This document shows positions 9,457-19,900 of a stretch of DNA of 64,000 bases, one piece after another (position 1 is the stretch's first letter; every line of letters begins with the position of its first letter). Below the pieces are notes generated by a model. It saw nothing but the letters and a program-made list of their open reading frames with translations, was not told the DNA's origin and ran no database searches. A program made the position numbers and the translations under genes. The DNA comes from Spirochaetota bacterium (GTDB taxonomy: Bacteria; Spirochaetota; UBA12135; COTS27; CBDBHE01): assembly GCA_965205605.1 (NCBI GenBank), contig CBDBHE010000008.1:64001-128000 (forward strand), written 5' to 3'.

Positions 9457-10935
9457 ATGAAAATAACAAAAAAAACTCTTTTATTTCTTATTTTTTCTTT
9501 TTTTACTCTCATAAAAGCAGAAGAAGTAATTCAAAACTCCAAAAATAATCAACTTTCTTATCCAAAATTAAAAGTTTTTATCAAAGCAACTGAATGGCAA
9601 TACGCTCTTAATAAACCAGCTCTGTTTAAAATAACGATTATTAATGAATCAAGTAATGATAATGTGTTTCGACTTCATTTATATGAAAATCCATTTCACC
9701 ATTTTAAAATTAAGGTTTTTGATCAATATGAAAATAGACTCCCAGAAACACTTAACTATTCTACTTGGAAAGGAACTCTTATTGAAAAAAATGAAAAACC
9801 TCGCCGAATCCATCTCAAACAAGGAGAAAGATTTACAACTTTAATTGACTTGTCTAAATGGGTTGATTTTAATAAATCAGGAAAATTTTTCGTAGAAGGC
9901 ACTTTTTTCCCAAACCCTTTTTTTGAAGAAAATGCTTATTCTTATAAAATCAGCCATTTATCTTTTAACGTGAGCAAAGAAGAATCTCAAATTATTTATA
10001 AAAAAAAACCCTCAAAGGAAATTGTTCAAATTCAAAAAAAATTCGAATCTTCTCAATCTTCTCCTAAAAATACGGTTATCAAACATCTTACCTCTCACAT
10101 AGAAGAAAAATGGAACCATTTTTTTAAAACAGTTGACACCAAACAATACTTAGAAAATTCTTACGCATCAACAGAAATTTACGAACGCTTCAAAACTTCT
10201 AAACATGACGAAAGAATCATTATTTTAAAAGAATTTGAAGCCTTTCTCATTAAAAATAGTGATTATAAAATTGATTCTTTTGAAATCTTAGAAACTTACA
10301 TTAAAAAAGATGAAAAAGCAGAGGTTAAGGTTTATATAAAAACCAAAAATAAAAATGAAAAATATTCTAAAAAATTCAACCCTTTAACAGGACAAATAGA
10401 AGATATTTGGAAATCTAGTGATGTCTATACTTTCCTTCAAGATAAAATATTTCAATATTACCTTGAAAAAACCCAAGAGGAATGGAAAATTATTCAGAAA
10501 AAAATAAAAATCTTAAAAAAAGATATTACAAAAGCAAAAGAAACAAAAACTGTTACTACTTTTACAGAACAAAAAAGTCAAATTCCTCCCACTTTTATTC
10601 CTATTATAGAAAATGTTATTTTCAAAAGGGGGCAAAGTGAGTTTATAACAAACTCTTACCCTACTCTAAAAAAAGCTTCCAAACTCTTAAAACAATTCCC
10701 TTACTTATTCATAACAATTCGTGGTCATACTGATACTGAAGGCAATAGTGAGCTTAATTATCAACTTTCCCTACAACGTGTCTTGGCAGTAAAAAATCAT
10801 TTAATTAAAAATGGTCTTTCAAAAAAACGTATTCAACTAGAAGCTTATGGAGAAAAGAAACCCATTTATCAAGAAGAAGATGAAAATTTAAAAGAAAAAA
10901 ATAGACGTGTCGAAATTATTTTTAGTCATAACTAA
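9457..10935 (+). CDS. Exported protein with C-terminal OmpA-like peptidoglycan-binding domain
   Basis: Signal-peptide-like N-terminus; 'IRGHTD..G....N..LS.QRV.AVK..L...G' and 'NRRVEI'. Confidence 0.88.
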   Translation: MKITKKTLLFLIFSFFTLIKAEEVIQNSKNNQLSYPKLKVFIKATEWQYALNKPALFKITIINESSNDNVFRLHLYENPFHHFKIKVFDQYENRLPETLNYSTWKGTLIEKNEKPRRIHLKQGERFTTLIDLSKWVDFNKSGKFFVEGTFFPNPFFEENAYSYKISHLSFNVSKEESQIIYKKKPSKEIVQIQKKFESSQSSPKNTVIKHLTSHIEEKWNHFFKTVDTKQYLENSYASTEIYERFKTSKHDERIIILKEFEAFLIKNSDYKIDSFEILETYIKKDEKAEVKVYIKTKNKNEKYSKKFNPLTGQIEDIWKSSDVYTFLQDKIFQYYLEKTQEEWKIIQKKIKILKKDITKAKETKTVTTFTEQKSQIPPTFIPIIENVIFKRGQSEFITNSYPTLKKASKLLKQFPYLFITIRGHTDTEGNSELNYQLSLQRVLAVKNHLIKNGLSKKRIQLEAYGEKKPIYQEEDENLKEKNRRVEIIFSHN

Positions 10936-10942
10936 TAAAAAA

Positions 10943-12010
10943 ATGATGATGAAAAATATTTTTTTTTATCTTTTAATTTTAATATTAATTTTTCAAACCC
11001 CTCTTTTAAAAGCAGCTTTATTCATTCCTTTTGGATCTGAAATTCTTTATCTAGGTTCTTCGGCTAGTGCTGTTTCATTAGGGGGAGCTTTTACAAGTGA
11101 TAATGATATCCAAGATAATTTTGTTGACAATCCTACAAAAGCGGCTTTAATTCAACATCCTACTTTTTTTTCAAGTTATCTTGGTTTTAATAATATTTCT
11201 AGTAGTTATCTTTTTGGTTATTCAAAACCAACTGATTATGGGGTTTTTTCTATCGTGTATCACCAGGTAAATGGAAACCGTTTTGATTTAAAAAAATTTC
11301 AATCAACTCAAATTGCTTTTTCTAAAAAAATTTTTCCCAACTATCATGTTGGATTTAAGTTTAACTCCGAAGTAGCCTTAATTAAAGCCAATAGCGACGA
11401 ATCAGAGACGATGCTTAGTGGATTTCACGGAGATGTTAATTTGATTTATATAGGTAATAATCAACAGTTTGGTTTGCTTTTATTACAAAATATTCATTAT
11501 GGAGTACAAATTAAGAATATAGGCCTTGTTCCTTTTTATATCAATGATTTAAACCAAACTAACTTTATACGTGCTTTAGAAACACGATTAGGCATCTCTT
11601 TTGATGTTTTAAAATTTGAAAATTTTGCTACTAGAATCTACACAGATTTGACTTACTACCCTTTAAACGAGCATTTTAATTTTAATCTAGGTCTTAAAAC
11701 TTCTTACCAGATTCCTATGCCCATTATCAAACAAATCACTTTACAAGCTGGCTTTATTCCAAATACTAAGCGATACGGAATAAAAAACATAGGCCCTTTT
11801 ACGGCTGGATTAAGTCTCTTTTTTGATTTTAAATATTTAAGTCCTTCATTAAATTATGCGATCTTACCGAGAAGAGACAACAACAACGATCATCACTTAC
11901 TTTCATTTCAATTAAAATTCAAACAAAAAGGCCACAATAAACCTCAAATTAATACCAAAGAAGACTTTGGACAAGAAGGCATTATTGAAAACACCATCAT
12001 TAATGAATAA
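10943..12010 (+). CDS. Putative outer-membrane beta-barrel, PorV/PorQ (FadL-like)/UPF0164-like
   Basis: Signal peptide; 'GSSASAVSLGGAFTS...DNPT' resembles the GAR..GMG.A..A....NPA start of PorV-like barrels; amphipathic strands; 'LNYA......HLLSFQLKF' near the end. Start moved to ATG 10943. Confidence 0.6.
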   Translation: MMMKNIFFYLLILILIFQTPLLKAALFIPFGSEILYLGSSASAVSLGGAFTSDNDIQDNFVDNPTKAALIQHPTFFSSYLGFNNISSSYLFGYSKPTDYGVFSIVYHQVNGNRFDLKKFQSTQIAFSKKIFPNYHVGFKFNSEVALIKANSDESETMLSGFHGDVNLIYIGNNQQFGLLLLQNIHYGVQIKNIGLVPFYINDLNQTNFIRALETRLGISFDVLKFENFATRIYTDLTYYPLNEHFNFNLGLKTSYQIPMPIIKQITLQAGFIPNTKRYGIKNIGPFTAGLSLFFDFKYLSPSLNYAILPRRDNNNDHHLLSFQLKFKQKGHNKPQINTKEDFGQEGIIENTIINE

Positions 12011-12022
12011 CCATCATCTACA

Positions 12023-12790
12023 ATGAAGCATTTAACTATTATCATTCTTATGACAAACATTTGCTTTGGGCAATCTGTTATTGAAAATAGATATTTTTCC
12101 CCAAATGAAGATAAAAAAAAAGATACGATTAAAATCCCTTTAAAAATCACTCAAAAGTCTACTATTAAAAAATGGATCGTTTATTTTGTAAAAAAAGAAA
12201 AATCTTTCAAAATTATTAGAAAATATCAATCCAAAACAATCAAAATTTTAAAACCTACCAATTTTGAAACAATTTGGAAAAGCCTTATTGCACCTAAAAA
12301 AAAACTTGAAATTCCGCCTTACATTGAGTGGGACGGAAAAACAACTGATGGCAAAATTGTTGGTGAAGGGACTTATTATTTTCAAATCCAATTGATTAAT
12401 AAAAATAATGATAAAATAGTTTCTCCGCTCATTCCTATCATTGTTGATACAACTGCTCCTGATATTAAACTTCAAACAAAAAATAAGGCTTTTTCCCCTA
12501 ATAATGATGGAATAGAAGACACCTTCTCTTTTATTATACTAGCATCTAAAAAAGCTCAAAAAACAGACTCTATTAAATTAAATTTAATTAATAAAGGCAA
12601 CCAAACAATTAAAACACTTCATTTTAAAGTAAACGAATTAAAAAACAAACCTCTTAGAATCAATTGGCTTGGCAAAGACAAACATTACAAGCAAGCTCCC
12701 CAAGGGAGATATACTTTAGTTTTAAAAGCTAGTGACTATGCGGGAAATGTTTTTTTAAAACAAATTAATGACATTATTTTAACCAAATAA
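12023..12790 (+). CDS. Exported protein with two FlgD-Ig/'gliding-motility CTD'-like repeats
   Basis: Two repeats: 'YFSPNEDKKKD...WDGKTTDGKIVGEGTYYF' and 'AFSPNNDGIED...WLGKD....APQGRYT...A.D.AGN'. Confidence 0.75.
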   Translation: MKHLTIIILMTNICFGQSVIENRYFSPNEDKKKDTIKIPLKITQKSTIKKWIVYFVKKEKSFKIIRKYQSKTIKILKPTNFETIWKSLIAPKKKLEIPPYIEWDGKTTDGKIVGEGTYYFQIQLINKNNDKIVSPLIPIIVDTTAPDIKLQTKNKAFSPNNDGIEDTFSFIILASKKAQKTDSIKLNLINKGNQTIKTLHFKVNELKNKPLRINWLGKDKHYKQAPQGRYTLVLKASDYAGNVFLKQINDIILTK

Positions 12791-12976
12791 CTTGATTAAA
12801 TAAATCTTGGGTTATCAAATAATAGCTTTTTTTCTAAAGAAAACATCGAATTCAAACTTTCTGTTTCCACTTCAAAGTTCATGCTCTTATTGCTCAAGGT
12901 TATATTAATAATGTTAGAGAAGCAACAACAAAGTTTTTTTATCTTTTCAAAGAAAAAAAAGAGAAATATAAACTGA
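12791..12976 (+). pseudogene. Possible decayed 3' continuation (third Ig repeat) of the 12023 gene
   Basis: The same frame continues TAA-CTT-GAT-TAA then stays open to 12976: 'INLGLSNNSFFSKENIEFKLSVST', resembling the start of the preceding repeat. Confidence 0.35.
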
Positions 12977-13149
12977 AATAATGCTGTTAATTTCTTTAAA
13001 TAAAAAATATTAAATAGAATCAACAATTAAATTAGTGACTTGATTGAATCATTAATTATACAAGACATGTCTTGTACAAATTTAAAATTAATTATAAATT
13101 TAAAACCGATTCGAAAAATGACAATATATATATTAGTATTAAAAAAAGC

Positions 13150-14535
13150 ATGAAAAAAACAAAAATTATTGCTACCGTTGGACCTTCTATTGAAAAAGAA
13201 AGTCTGATTGAAAAAGCTATTAACGAAGGCGTCAATGTATTTCGAATTAATTTCTCCCATGCCAATCATGCTTATCATCTAAAATCTATCAAAAAAATAA
13301 GAGCGATTTCAAAAAAATTAGACAAACCTATTGCTATTTTAGGGGATTTAAAAGGACCCGAGATTAGAACAGACACACAAATTTACACCCTGATAAAAGA
13401 TAAAAAAATTCATTTAAGTTATTATAAAAACAAACTTAAAGATGCCATAGGCATCACTCATAAAACACTTTATCAGCTGGTCAAAAAAGGGCAAACTATT
13501 TTTATTGATGATGGCCTATTAAAGCTAACTGTCCTCAAAATTCAAAAAAAAGATATTTTGTGCAAAGTGATTAACGGTGGTAAATTAACTCAAAATAAAT
13601 CAATCAATATCCCTAATATTCTTATAAAACTACCCATTATTAATCAAAAAGATAAAGAAGATCTTAATTTTATTATTAAAAATGATCTTGATGGGATAGC
13701 AGCTTCTTTTATAAGTAATCAAGAAGATGTAAAAAAAATACGTGCTTTTCTAAAGCAAAAAAAGTCAGAGATTACTATTATTTCTAAAATCGAAAATCAA
13801 GCTTCTGTGACTAATTTAGATTCGATTATTGATGTGTCTGATGGAATTATGGTTGCAAGAGGAGATTTAGGGGTAGAGTTTCCAACTGAATTTATTCCTG
13901 TACTTCAAAATGAAATTATTGAAAAAACAAAAAAAAAAGGAAAAATTATTATTGTTGCCACTCAAATGCTTGATAGCATGATCAAAAATCCACGACCCAC
14001 TCGTGCAGAAGCTACTGATATTTCTAATGCTGCTTTACAAAGAGTTGATGCTGTCATGCTTTCTGGAGAAACAGCCAGTGGTGCCTACCCTATAGAAGCC
14101 ATTAAAATTATGAAAAAAATTATTTTAAAAACAGAAGAAAGTCAATCTTTAAATATCTTTCCTATTAAACATAAAGAAGAAATTTCTATTATTTGCAAAG
14201 CTAGTTTGATGCTAGCAATGGAAAATCAAGCCAAATTACTCATTACAATTAGTTTTTGGGGTAAATCTGCTAGATTAATTTCTTCTTATCGAAGTGAAGT
14301 ACCAACTATAGTTGCATGCTTTAATGAGAAACTTTATAGTAAAAGCCAACTTTATTATTCTATAGAGCCTATTAAAATTACTTATCAAAATTCAATTGAC
14401 AAACAGTTTAAAGAAATTGAAAAAAAACTTAAAAAAGTAAAATTAGTAAAAAAAGGAGATTTAGTAATTTTTATGTTTACCTATCCCGAAATTCAAAATA
14501 AAACTAACTCTATAAGAAAATGGGTTATTAAATAA
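13150..14535 (+). CDS. pyk: Pyruvate kinase
   Basis: 'KTKIIATVGP', 'RINFSH', 'DLKGPEIRT', 'SKIEN', 'MVARGDLG', 'ATQMLDSM', 'MLSGETA'; start at ATG 13150. Confidence 0.97.
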   Translation: MKKTKIIATVGPSIEKESLIEKAINEGVNVFRINFSHANHAYHLKSIKKIRAISKKLDKPIAILGDLKGPEIRTDTQIYTLIKDKKIHLSYYKNKLKDAIGITHKTLYQLVKKGQTIFIDDGLLKLTVLKIQKKDILCKVINGGKLTQNKSINIPNILIKLPIINQKDKEDLNFIIKNDLDGIAASFISNQEDVKKIRAFLKQKKSEITIISKIENQASVTNLDSIIDVSDGIMVARGDLGVEFPTEFIPVLQNEIIEKTKKKGKIIIVATQMLDSMIKNPRPTRAEATDISNAALQRVDAVMLSGETASGAYPIEAIKIMKKIILKTEESQSLNIFPIKHKEEISIICKASLMLAMENQAKLLITISFWGKSARLISSYRSEVPTIVACFNEKLYSKSQLYYSIEPIKITYQNSIDKQFKEIEKKLKKVKLVKKGDLVIFMFTYPEIQNKTNSIRKWVIK

Positions 14536-14558
14536 CTATCATCCCAAAAAAAATACAA

Positions 14559-15425
14559 ATGAAAATAAGGCCACTTAGAAAAGGGAAACCTCTTGAGTTA
14601 ACAGGTAAAAAAGATCGAATTTCAATTTTTTTTTTAGGGACAGGTTCTGCCTTTTCTAAAAAAAATTATCAAACTAATTTCATTATTATCAAAGGCGACA
14701 CTCATCTTTTAGTGGATTGTGGGACAACATGTACAAAAGCACTAAACAAAATAAAAAATAACATTATGAATATTAAAAATTATTATATTACTCATTCACA
14801 CGCTGATCATATTGGAGGCTTAGAAGAAGTCATGTTATGTTATCGTTATATTCAAAATCCAAAATTAGCCAATAAAAAACCTAAAATTATTATTAACAAA
14901 CATTATAAAAAAATTTTATGGGATTTTTCTCTAAAAGGAGGCAATGCTTTCTCAGAAACAAAAAATGGCAAACCTCTTGAATTTGAAGATTTTTGGACTG
15001 TCCTTGAAATGGAAAAATTAAAAGAATTTAAAAGAGAAACTTGGGGTTATCAGTTTGAAAACTTAGATCTTAAAATGCCTAGAACTTGTCATATTCCAGC
15101 CCAAGCAACTTCTTGGGAAAATGCTATTTGGAGCACTGGAATTATTATTGATGAAAAAATCTTTATTAGTTCAGATACTAAATATGACCCTGATCTTATT
15201 TTTGAATACAACAAAAAATACAAAATTGAAATCATTTTTCATGATTGCCAAGTCTTCCCCGGAGGGATTCATGCCAACTTAGAAGAATTGAAAAACCTTC
15301 CTAAAAATATTAAAAGCAAAATGATTTTAATGCACTATGGAGACAATATTGGTGATTATTTAAAAAAAATTAAACAATACGGGTTTCATTCTATTGCAAA
15401 AAAAAATGTTTTTTATGATTTTTAA
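14559..15425 (+). CDS. Metallo-beta-lactamase-fold hydrolase (RNase Z/phosphodiesterase-like)
   Basis: 'FLGTGSAF', 'VDCG', 'THSHADHIGG', 'SSDT', 'FHDC', 'LMHY'. Confidence 0.88.
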   Translation: MKIRPLRKGKPLELTGKKDRISIFFLGTGSAFSKKNYQTNFIIIKGDTHLLVDCGTTCTKALNKIKNNIMNIKNYYITHSHADHIGGLEEVMLCYRYIQNPKLANKKPKIIINKHYKKILWDFSLKGGNAFSETKNGKPLEFEDFWTVLEMEKLKEFKRETWGYQFENLDLKMPRTCHIPAQATSWENAIWSTGIIIDEKIFISSDTKYDPDLIFEYNKKYKIEIIFHDCQVFPGGIHANLEELKNLPKNIKSKMILMHYGDNIGDYLKKIKQYGFHSIAKKNVFYDF

Positions 15426-15437
15426 ATAGCAAAAAAA

Positions 15438-15920
15438 TTATTCTAAAACTGATACTTTTTGAATTAAAACCACACTTTTAGCAGAAATACACTTCCCTTC
15501 TCCTTCTGCGTTCATTTTTTCTGTTGTTGTTGCTTTAATATTTATCGCCTTACAATCAAGAACCTTCGAAATCAAACCAACCATTTTTTGGGAGTAAGGA
15601 CTAATTTTAGGCCTTTCACAAATAATAACATTATCAACATTAACAACTTTAAATTGTTTTTTTCTTAAAAGAGTATAAGTCATTTTTAAAATTTCAACAC
15701 TACTAATGTCTTTATACTTCAAGTCATTATCTGGAAAAAGTTTGCCGATATCTCCCATTCCAATCGCTCCTAAAAGAGCGTCACTGATGGCATGAAGTAA
15801 AACATCAGCATCCGAATGACCTAAAAGTCCCCTTTCATAATCAATCTCAACCCCCCCTAAAACAAGCTTTCTATCTTTGACAAGAATGTGCGTATCATAA
15901 CCAATTCCAACTCGATACAT
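15438..15920 (-). CDS. ispF: 2-C-methyl-D-erythritol 2,4-cyclodiphosphate synthase
   Basis: 'RVGIGYDTH', 'GHSDADVLLHAISDALLGA', 'KATTTEK'. Confidence 0.97.
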   Translation of the reverse strand: MYRVGIGYDTHILVKDRKLVLGGVEIDYERGLLGHSDADVLLHAISDALLGAIGMGDIGKLFPDNDLKYKDISSVEILKMTYTLLRKKQFKVVNVDNVIICERPKISPYSQKMVGLISKVLDCKAINIKATTTEKMNAEGEGKCISAKSVVLIQKVSVLE

Positions 15921-16013
15921 ATGGATACCTCTTATTTAATCTTATTATAAAAAGTAACCTGAATTAATCTTTTTAAAAATTATTTTTTTTAATGTATAAT
16001 TATAATTTAAAAA

Positions 16014-17939
16014 ATGAATTTTTTAAATCCTGTTATCCAAAACCGATATAAAAGAATCCATTCCATTGGAGTAAAAGTTGGTTCTATCACTATCGGGGCA
16101 AGTCATCCTATAGTAATCCAATCAATGACGATCTCCGATACAATGAATACTAAAAAAACAGTAGAGGAAATTATTAGTATTAAAAATACTGGAGCTCAGT
16201 TAGTGCGACTAACAACCCCCAATTTAAAAACTGCTGAAAATTTAGAAGATATTAAAAATCTATTAGAAAAAAAAAATTGTAAAATTCCTCTTGTAGCAGA
16301 TATTCATTTTACCCCAAAAGCAGCAGAAATTGCAGCTAAAATTGTTGAAAAAGTTCGTATTAATCCAGGAAATTATGTCGACCGAAAACAATTTAATCTT
16401 AAAAAATATTCTGATAAAGAGTATCAAAAAGAAATTAAACGTATCGAAGACAGATTCATTCCTCTTATCAAAATATGCAAAAAATATAAAACAGCCCTTC
16501 GTATCGGCACCAATCATGGTTCTCTTTCAGATAGAATTATCAGTCAGCATGGAGACAACCCTAAAGGAATGGTCGAGTCAGCTTTTGAATTCATTAAAAT
16601 TTGTGAAAATAATCATTTTGATCAAATTGTTATTTCAATGAAATCTTCTAATCCTATCGTCATGGTGCAAGCTTATCGACTTTTAAGTGAAAGAATGAGA
16701 AAAAATAAAGTTTATTATCCACTTCATCTCGGCGTTACCGAAGCAGGAGATGGACAAGAAGGAAGAATCAAATCAGCTGTTGGAATAGGCACTCTTTTAG
16801 CAGATGGGATCGGGGACACAATTAGAGTTTCTTTAACAGAAAAAGCTGAAAAAGAAGTCATTGTTTGTAAAAAAATTATCGAGTATTTTGATTTTAAAAA
16901 AAATGATTTACTTCATTTACAAGACATTCCTTGTTCTTTTAACCCTTATGAGTTTTCAAGAAGACAAACAAACACCATTAATCATATAGGAAGCAATCAA
17001 GTCCCAAAGATTATTCTCTCTTCTAAAGAAGCCATTTTAAAAATAGAAGATTTAAAGCAATATCAAATCACTAAAATAAAAGATATTGACAAATGGAAAA
17101 GTGGAGAATTTGCTCCTGATGCTATCTTTTTAAATAGAGAAACAGATTTTATAAATGAACCTATTGGCATTCCATTTATTATGCCTTATGTCAATTGGGA
17201 AAAAAAAAACAATCAAAATAATTACCCTTATTATGATTGCTTCGGAAGCTTTTTAAATAGTTCTAAAAAAAGTGATGTCAGTAATTTTATACATTTTTCT
17301 ATTAATGATATTAACAAATTCAATCAAGACACTATTAAACTTTTAGAAAAACACCCCTGTGTTTTTGTTTTAGAAGCAATCAAAAAACATACTAGTCAAG
17401 AAGTAAGAAATATTATTTTTCATTTTCATCAAAAAAAAATATTCACACCAATAATATTGATAATAAAAAATAAACCAAAAAAAGACTTTGAAAACGAAGC
17501 CACTGAACAAGCTCTACAAGCAGGGCCTTTATTAATAGATGGTCTTTTAGATGGCTTATGGATGGAGCAGGCAAATGAAGAAAGTATTAAAGTCGCCTAT
17601 AACATCCTTCAAGCAAGTAGATCTCGTATTTCAAAACCTGATTATATTTCTTGCCCTTCTTGCGGAAGGACACTTTTTGATTTACAAGAAGTCACTGCCA
17701 AAATCAAATCCAAAACCTCTCATTTAAAAGGCGTCAAAATAGCAATTATGGGCTGTATTGTTAATGGACCTGGAGAAATGGCTGATGCAGATTTTGGGTA
17801 TGTAGGTTCGGGGCCTGGAAAGATCACCCTTTATAAAAAAAAAGAAATCATTAAACGCAATATTCCTTCAGAAAAAGCCGTCGATGCACTTGTTGATTTA
17901 CTTAAAGAAAACAATGCTTGGAAAGCTCCTGTTTCGTAA
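16014..17939 (+). CDS. ispG: 4-hydroxy-3-methylbut-2-enyl diphosphate synthase, long (inserted-domain) form
   Basis: 'IQSMT', 'PLVADIHF', 'RINPGN', 'HLGVTEAG', 'GDTIRVSLT', 'SCPSCGR', 'MGCIVNGPGE'; 641 aa. Confidence 0.97.
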   Translation: MNFLNPVIQNRYKRIHSIGVKVGSITIGASHPIVIQSMTISDTMNTKKTVEEIISIKNTGAQLVRLTTPNLKTAENLEDIKNLLEKKNCKIPLVADIHFTPKAAEIAAKIVEKVRINPGNYVDRKQFNLKKYSDKEYQKEIKRIEDRFIPLIKICKKYKTALRIGTNHGSLSDRIISQHGDNPKGMVESAFEFIKICENNHFDQIVISMKSSNPIVMVQAYRLLSERMRKNKVYYPLHLGVTEAGDGQEGRIKSAVGIGTLLADGIGDTIRVSLTEKAEKEVIVCKKIIEYFDFKKNDLLHLQDIPCSFNPYEFSRRQTNTINHIGSNQVPKIILSSKEAILKIEDLKQYQITKIKDIDKWKSGEFAPDAIFLNRETDFINEPIGIPFIMPYVNWEKKNNQNNYPYYDCFGSFLNSSKKSDVSNFIHFSINDINKFNQDTIKLLEKHPCVFVLEAIKKHTSQEVRNIIFHFHQKKIFTPIILIIKNKPKKDFENEATEQALQAGPLLIDGLLDGLWMEQANEESIKVAYNILQASRSRISKPDYISCPSCGRTLFDLQEVTAKIKSKTSHLKGVKIAIMGCIVNGPGEMADADFGYVGSGPGKITLYKKKEIIKRNIPSEKAVDALVDLLKENNAWKAPVS

Positions 17940-17975
17940 AAGAAAACCCTTTATCTTATCAGAAAAAAAATATTG

Positions 17976-18731
17976 TTAATTAGGATCTGTTAAAATTACA
18001 ACTGAATCCTCTGTAATAGCAATCGTATGTTCAAATTGAGCAGATATTGTTTCATCTGCTGTATACACAGTCCACCCGTCATACTTATCAATAGTAACAT
18101 CACTGCTCCCTTCATTAATCATCGGTTCAATCGTAAAAGTCATGCCCGGTTTAAGCTTTAAACCCCTTTTTTTTTGACTATAATAAGGAACAAAAGGATG
18201 TTCATGAAACTCTTTACCAATCCCATGACCTCCTAATTTTCTCACAATTCCATACCCAAAAGGGTTAAGATATTCACTCACTGTATTTCCAATATCATTT
18301 AAATACCCATTCTTTTTAACAGCTTCAATACCAGCCCACATCGCTTTTTCAGCTCGTTTGACTAAAAGGCTTGTGGATTCAGCAACTTTACCTACCATAA
18401 ACGTTTTAGAAGTGTCCCCATGATATTCCTCTAGTAAGAGAGTAATATCAATATTAATAATATCTCCTTCTCTTAACACTTTTTTTGAATTAGGAATCCC
18501 ATGACAAACAACATGATTAACAGAAGTACAAATACTTTTTGGAAAACCATTATAATGCAAAGGAGCGTGTTTAATGTTGCGTTTATTAGCCCAAGTAACA
18601 CAAAAATCATTTAATACTTGTGTTGAAATACCTGCTTTTACAAGACCACCTACTTCTTCAAGCAATTGTCCTGCTAATCTTCCGACTTTTCTCATTTTTT
18701 TAATTTCATCAACTGTTTTAATGATTAACAT
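17976..18731 (-). CDS. map: Methionine aminopeptidase type I
   Basis: 'CTSVNHVVCHGIP', 'GDTS', 'GHGIG..FHE', 'TIEPM', 'AQFEHT'. Confidence 0.97.
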   Translation of the reverse strand: MLIIKTVDEIKKMRKVGRLAGQLLEEVGGLVKAGISTQVLNDFCVTWANKRNIKHAPLHYNGFPKSICTSVNHVVCHGIPNSKKVLREGDIINIDITLLLEEYHGDTSKTFMVGKVAESTSLLVKRAEKAMWAGIEAVKKNGYLNDIGNTVSEYLNPFGYGIVRKLGGHGIGKEFHEHPFVPYYSQKKRGLKLKPGMTFTIEPMINEGSSDVTIDKYDGWTVYTADETISAQFEHTIAITEDSVVILTDPN

Positions 18732-18817
18732 TTATAAAAACTCAAAAAAAAAAAACTAAAAATCAAATTTATTTAATAAAATTTTTTTATTACTAAAAAA
18801 ACTTAAAATAAAGCGAT

Positions 18818-18846
18818 TTGACTTATCAAATAAATAATAATACGAT
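18818..18846 (+). promoter_or_regulatory. Putative sigma70 promoter for the TPR/GreA-associated operon
   Basis: TTGACT-17 nt-TACGAT, 76 nt upstream of ATG 18923; the AT-rich background raises the chance of a false match. Confidence 0.5.
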
Positions 18847-18922
18847 AAAATTGTATTGCTTTAAGTGAAATTATTATTCAAACTATAAAAAACCTTTAAA
18901 TAGAAGTAGTATTTACCTAAAA

Positions 18923-19888
18923 ATGTTACAAACAGCCCAACTCACTTTTGAAAAAAATTATTCCCTTAAGCAATATGAAAAATCTATAGATTTTATAGCA
19001 AAAAATAATTTTAAACAAGCCCTCTTTATTTTTGATGAATTGCTGAGAAAAAATGTATCAAGTCCACTTCTTTTTGACTTGATGAAATATATGCATTTTT
19101 GGATTAATCGAGAAAAAGAAATTAATAATAAAAACAATGGAAGAGAAAAATCTCAATACTTACAAAAAGAATGGAATACTTTTGAAAAATTCATTAAAGA
19201 TAAAAAAATAGGAATTAATAATATTTTTTTTACTTTAAAAAAAACGATTCACAAAAAAATAAAAGAAGAATTAATTATAGAAATACAAAACTCTCATTAC
19301 ACAAATATAGACTCTCTTATTAATTTAGCAAAAATGATGAAAGAAGCAAAAGAAGAAAAAGAAGCTTTAGAAACTTTAAAATATGCTTTAAAATTAAGTG
19401 AAAATAATTCTTCTGTATTTTTGTTATTGGGTGAATGCTACCAAGCATTAAAAGAAAAAGAAAAATCATCTTATTATTATAAAGAATTTTTTTTTTGGTC
19501 TGCTGAAGAAGAAATTGATTTAAAAGAAATTAAAGATTTAGAATTGATTAAACTTATTTTTCAATTAAGAGAAATGGGATTTAATGACAAAGAAATTGTT
19601 TACTGGTTGCCTACTTATGCAAGAATTGAAAAATTTTTAAAAAATTAATAAAGCTTTAAGTAAAAAACAATTCAAAAAAGTAATCCAAAAAATAAAAGAA
19701 AGAGAACATGCTTATCAAGTTAATCCGACAAAAAAAAAAACTTAGAAGCTGTTTTAATTAATAGCTATTTATATATTATCGAACACTACTCCATTACCGA
19801 AGGGTTTATTTGCGAAAATGTTTCTATTTTAATAAAAAAAATACAAAATCTTAATCCAACTATTTCAAAAAAATTAAACTTCATTTAA
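18923..19888 (+). CDS. TPR-like protein (spirochete gene typically upstream of long greA), with two compensating homopolymer frameshifts
   Basis: ORF stops at 19648 after A6 (19639-19644); the +1 frame reads INKALSKKQFKKVIQKIKEREH to A11 (19730-19740); the original frame then resumes LEAVLINSYLYIIEHY...IKKIQNLNP and ends at 19888, 12 nt before the next ATG. Confidence 0.7.
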
Positions 19889-19900
19889 GTCATACTTCCT

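Noticed and set aside
13072-13149. N-terminal extension of Pyk in the ORF track (similarly 27426-27533 for the chelatase and 41449-41526 for FliQ)
   Set aside because: Homology begins at downstream ATGs; the extensions come from chance upstream TTG/GTG/ATG codons
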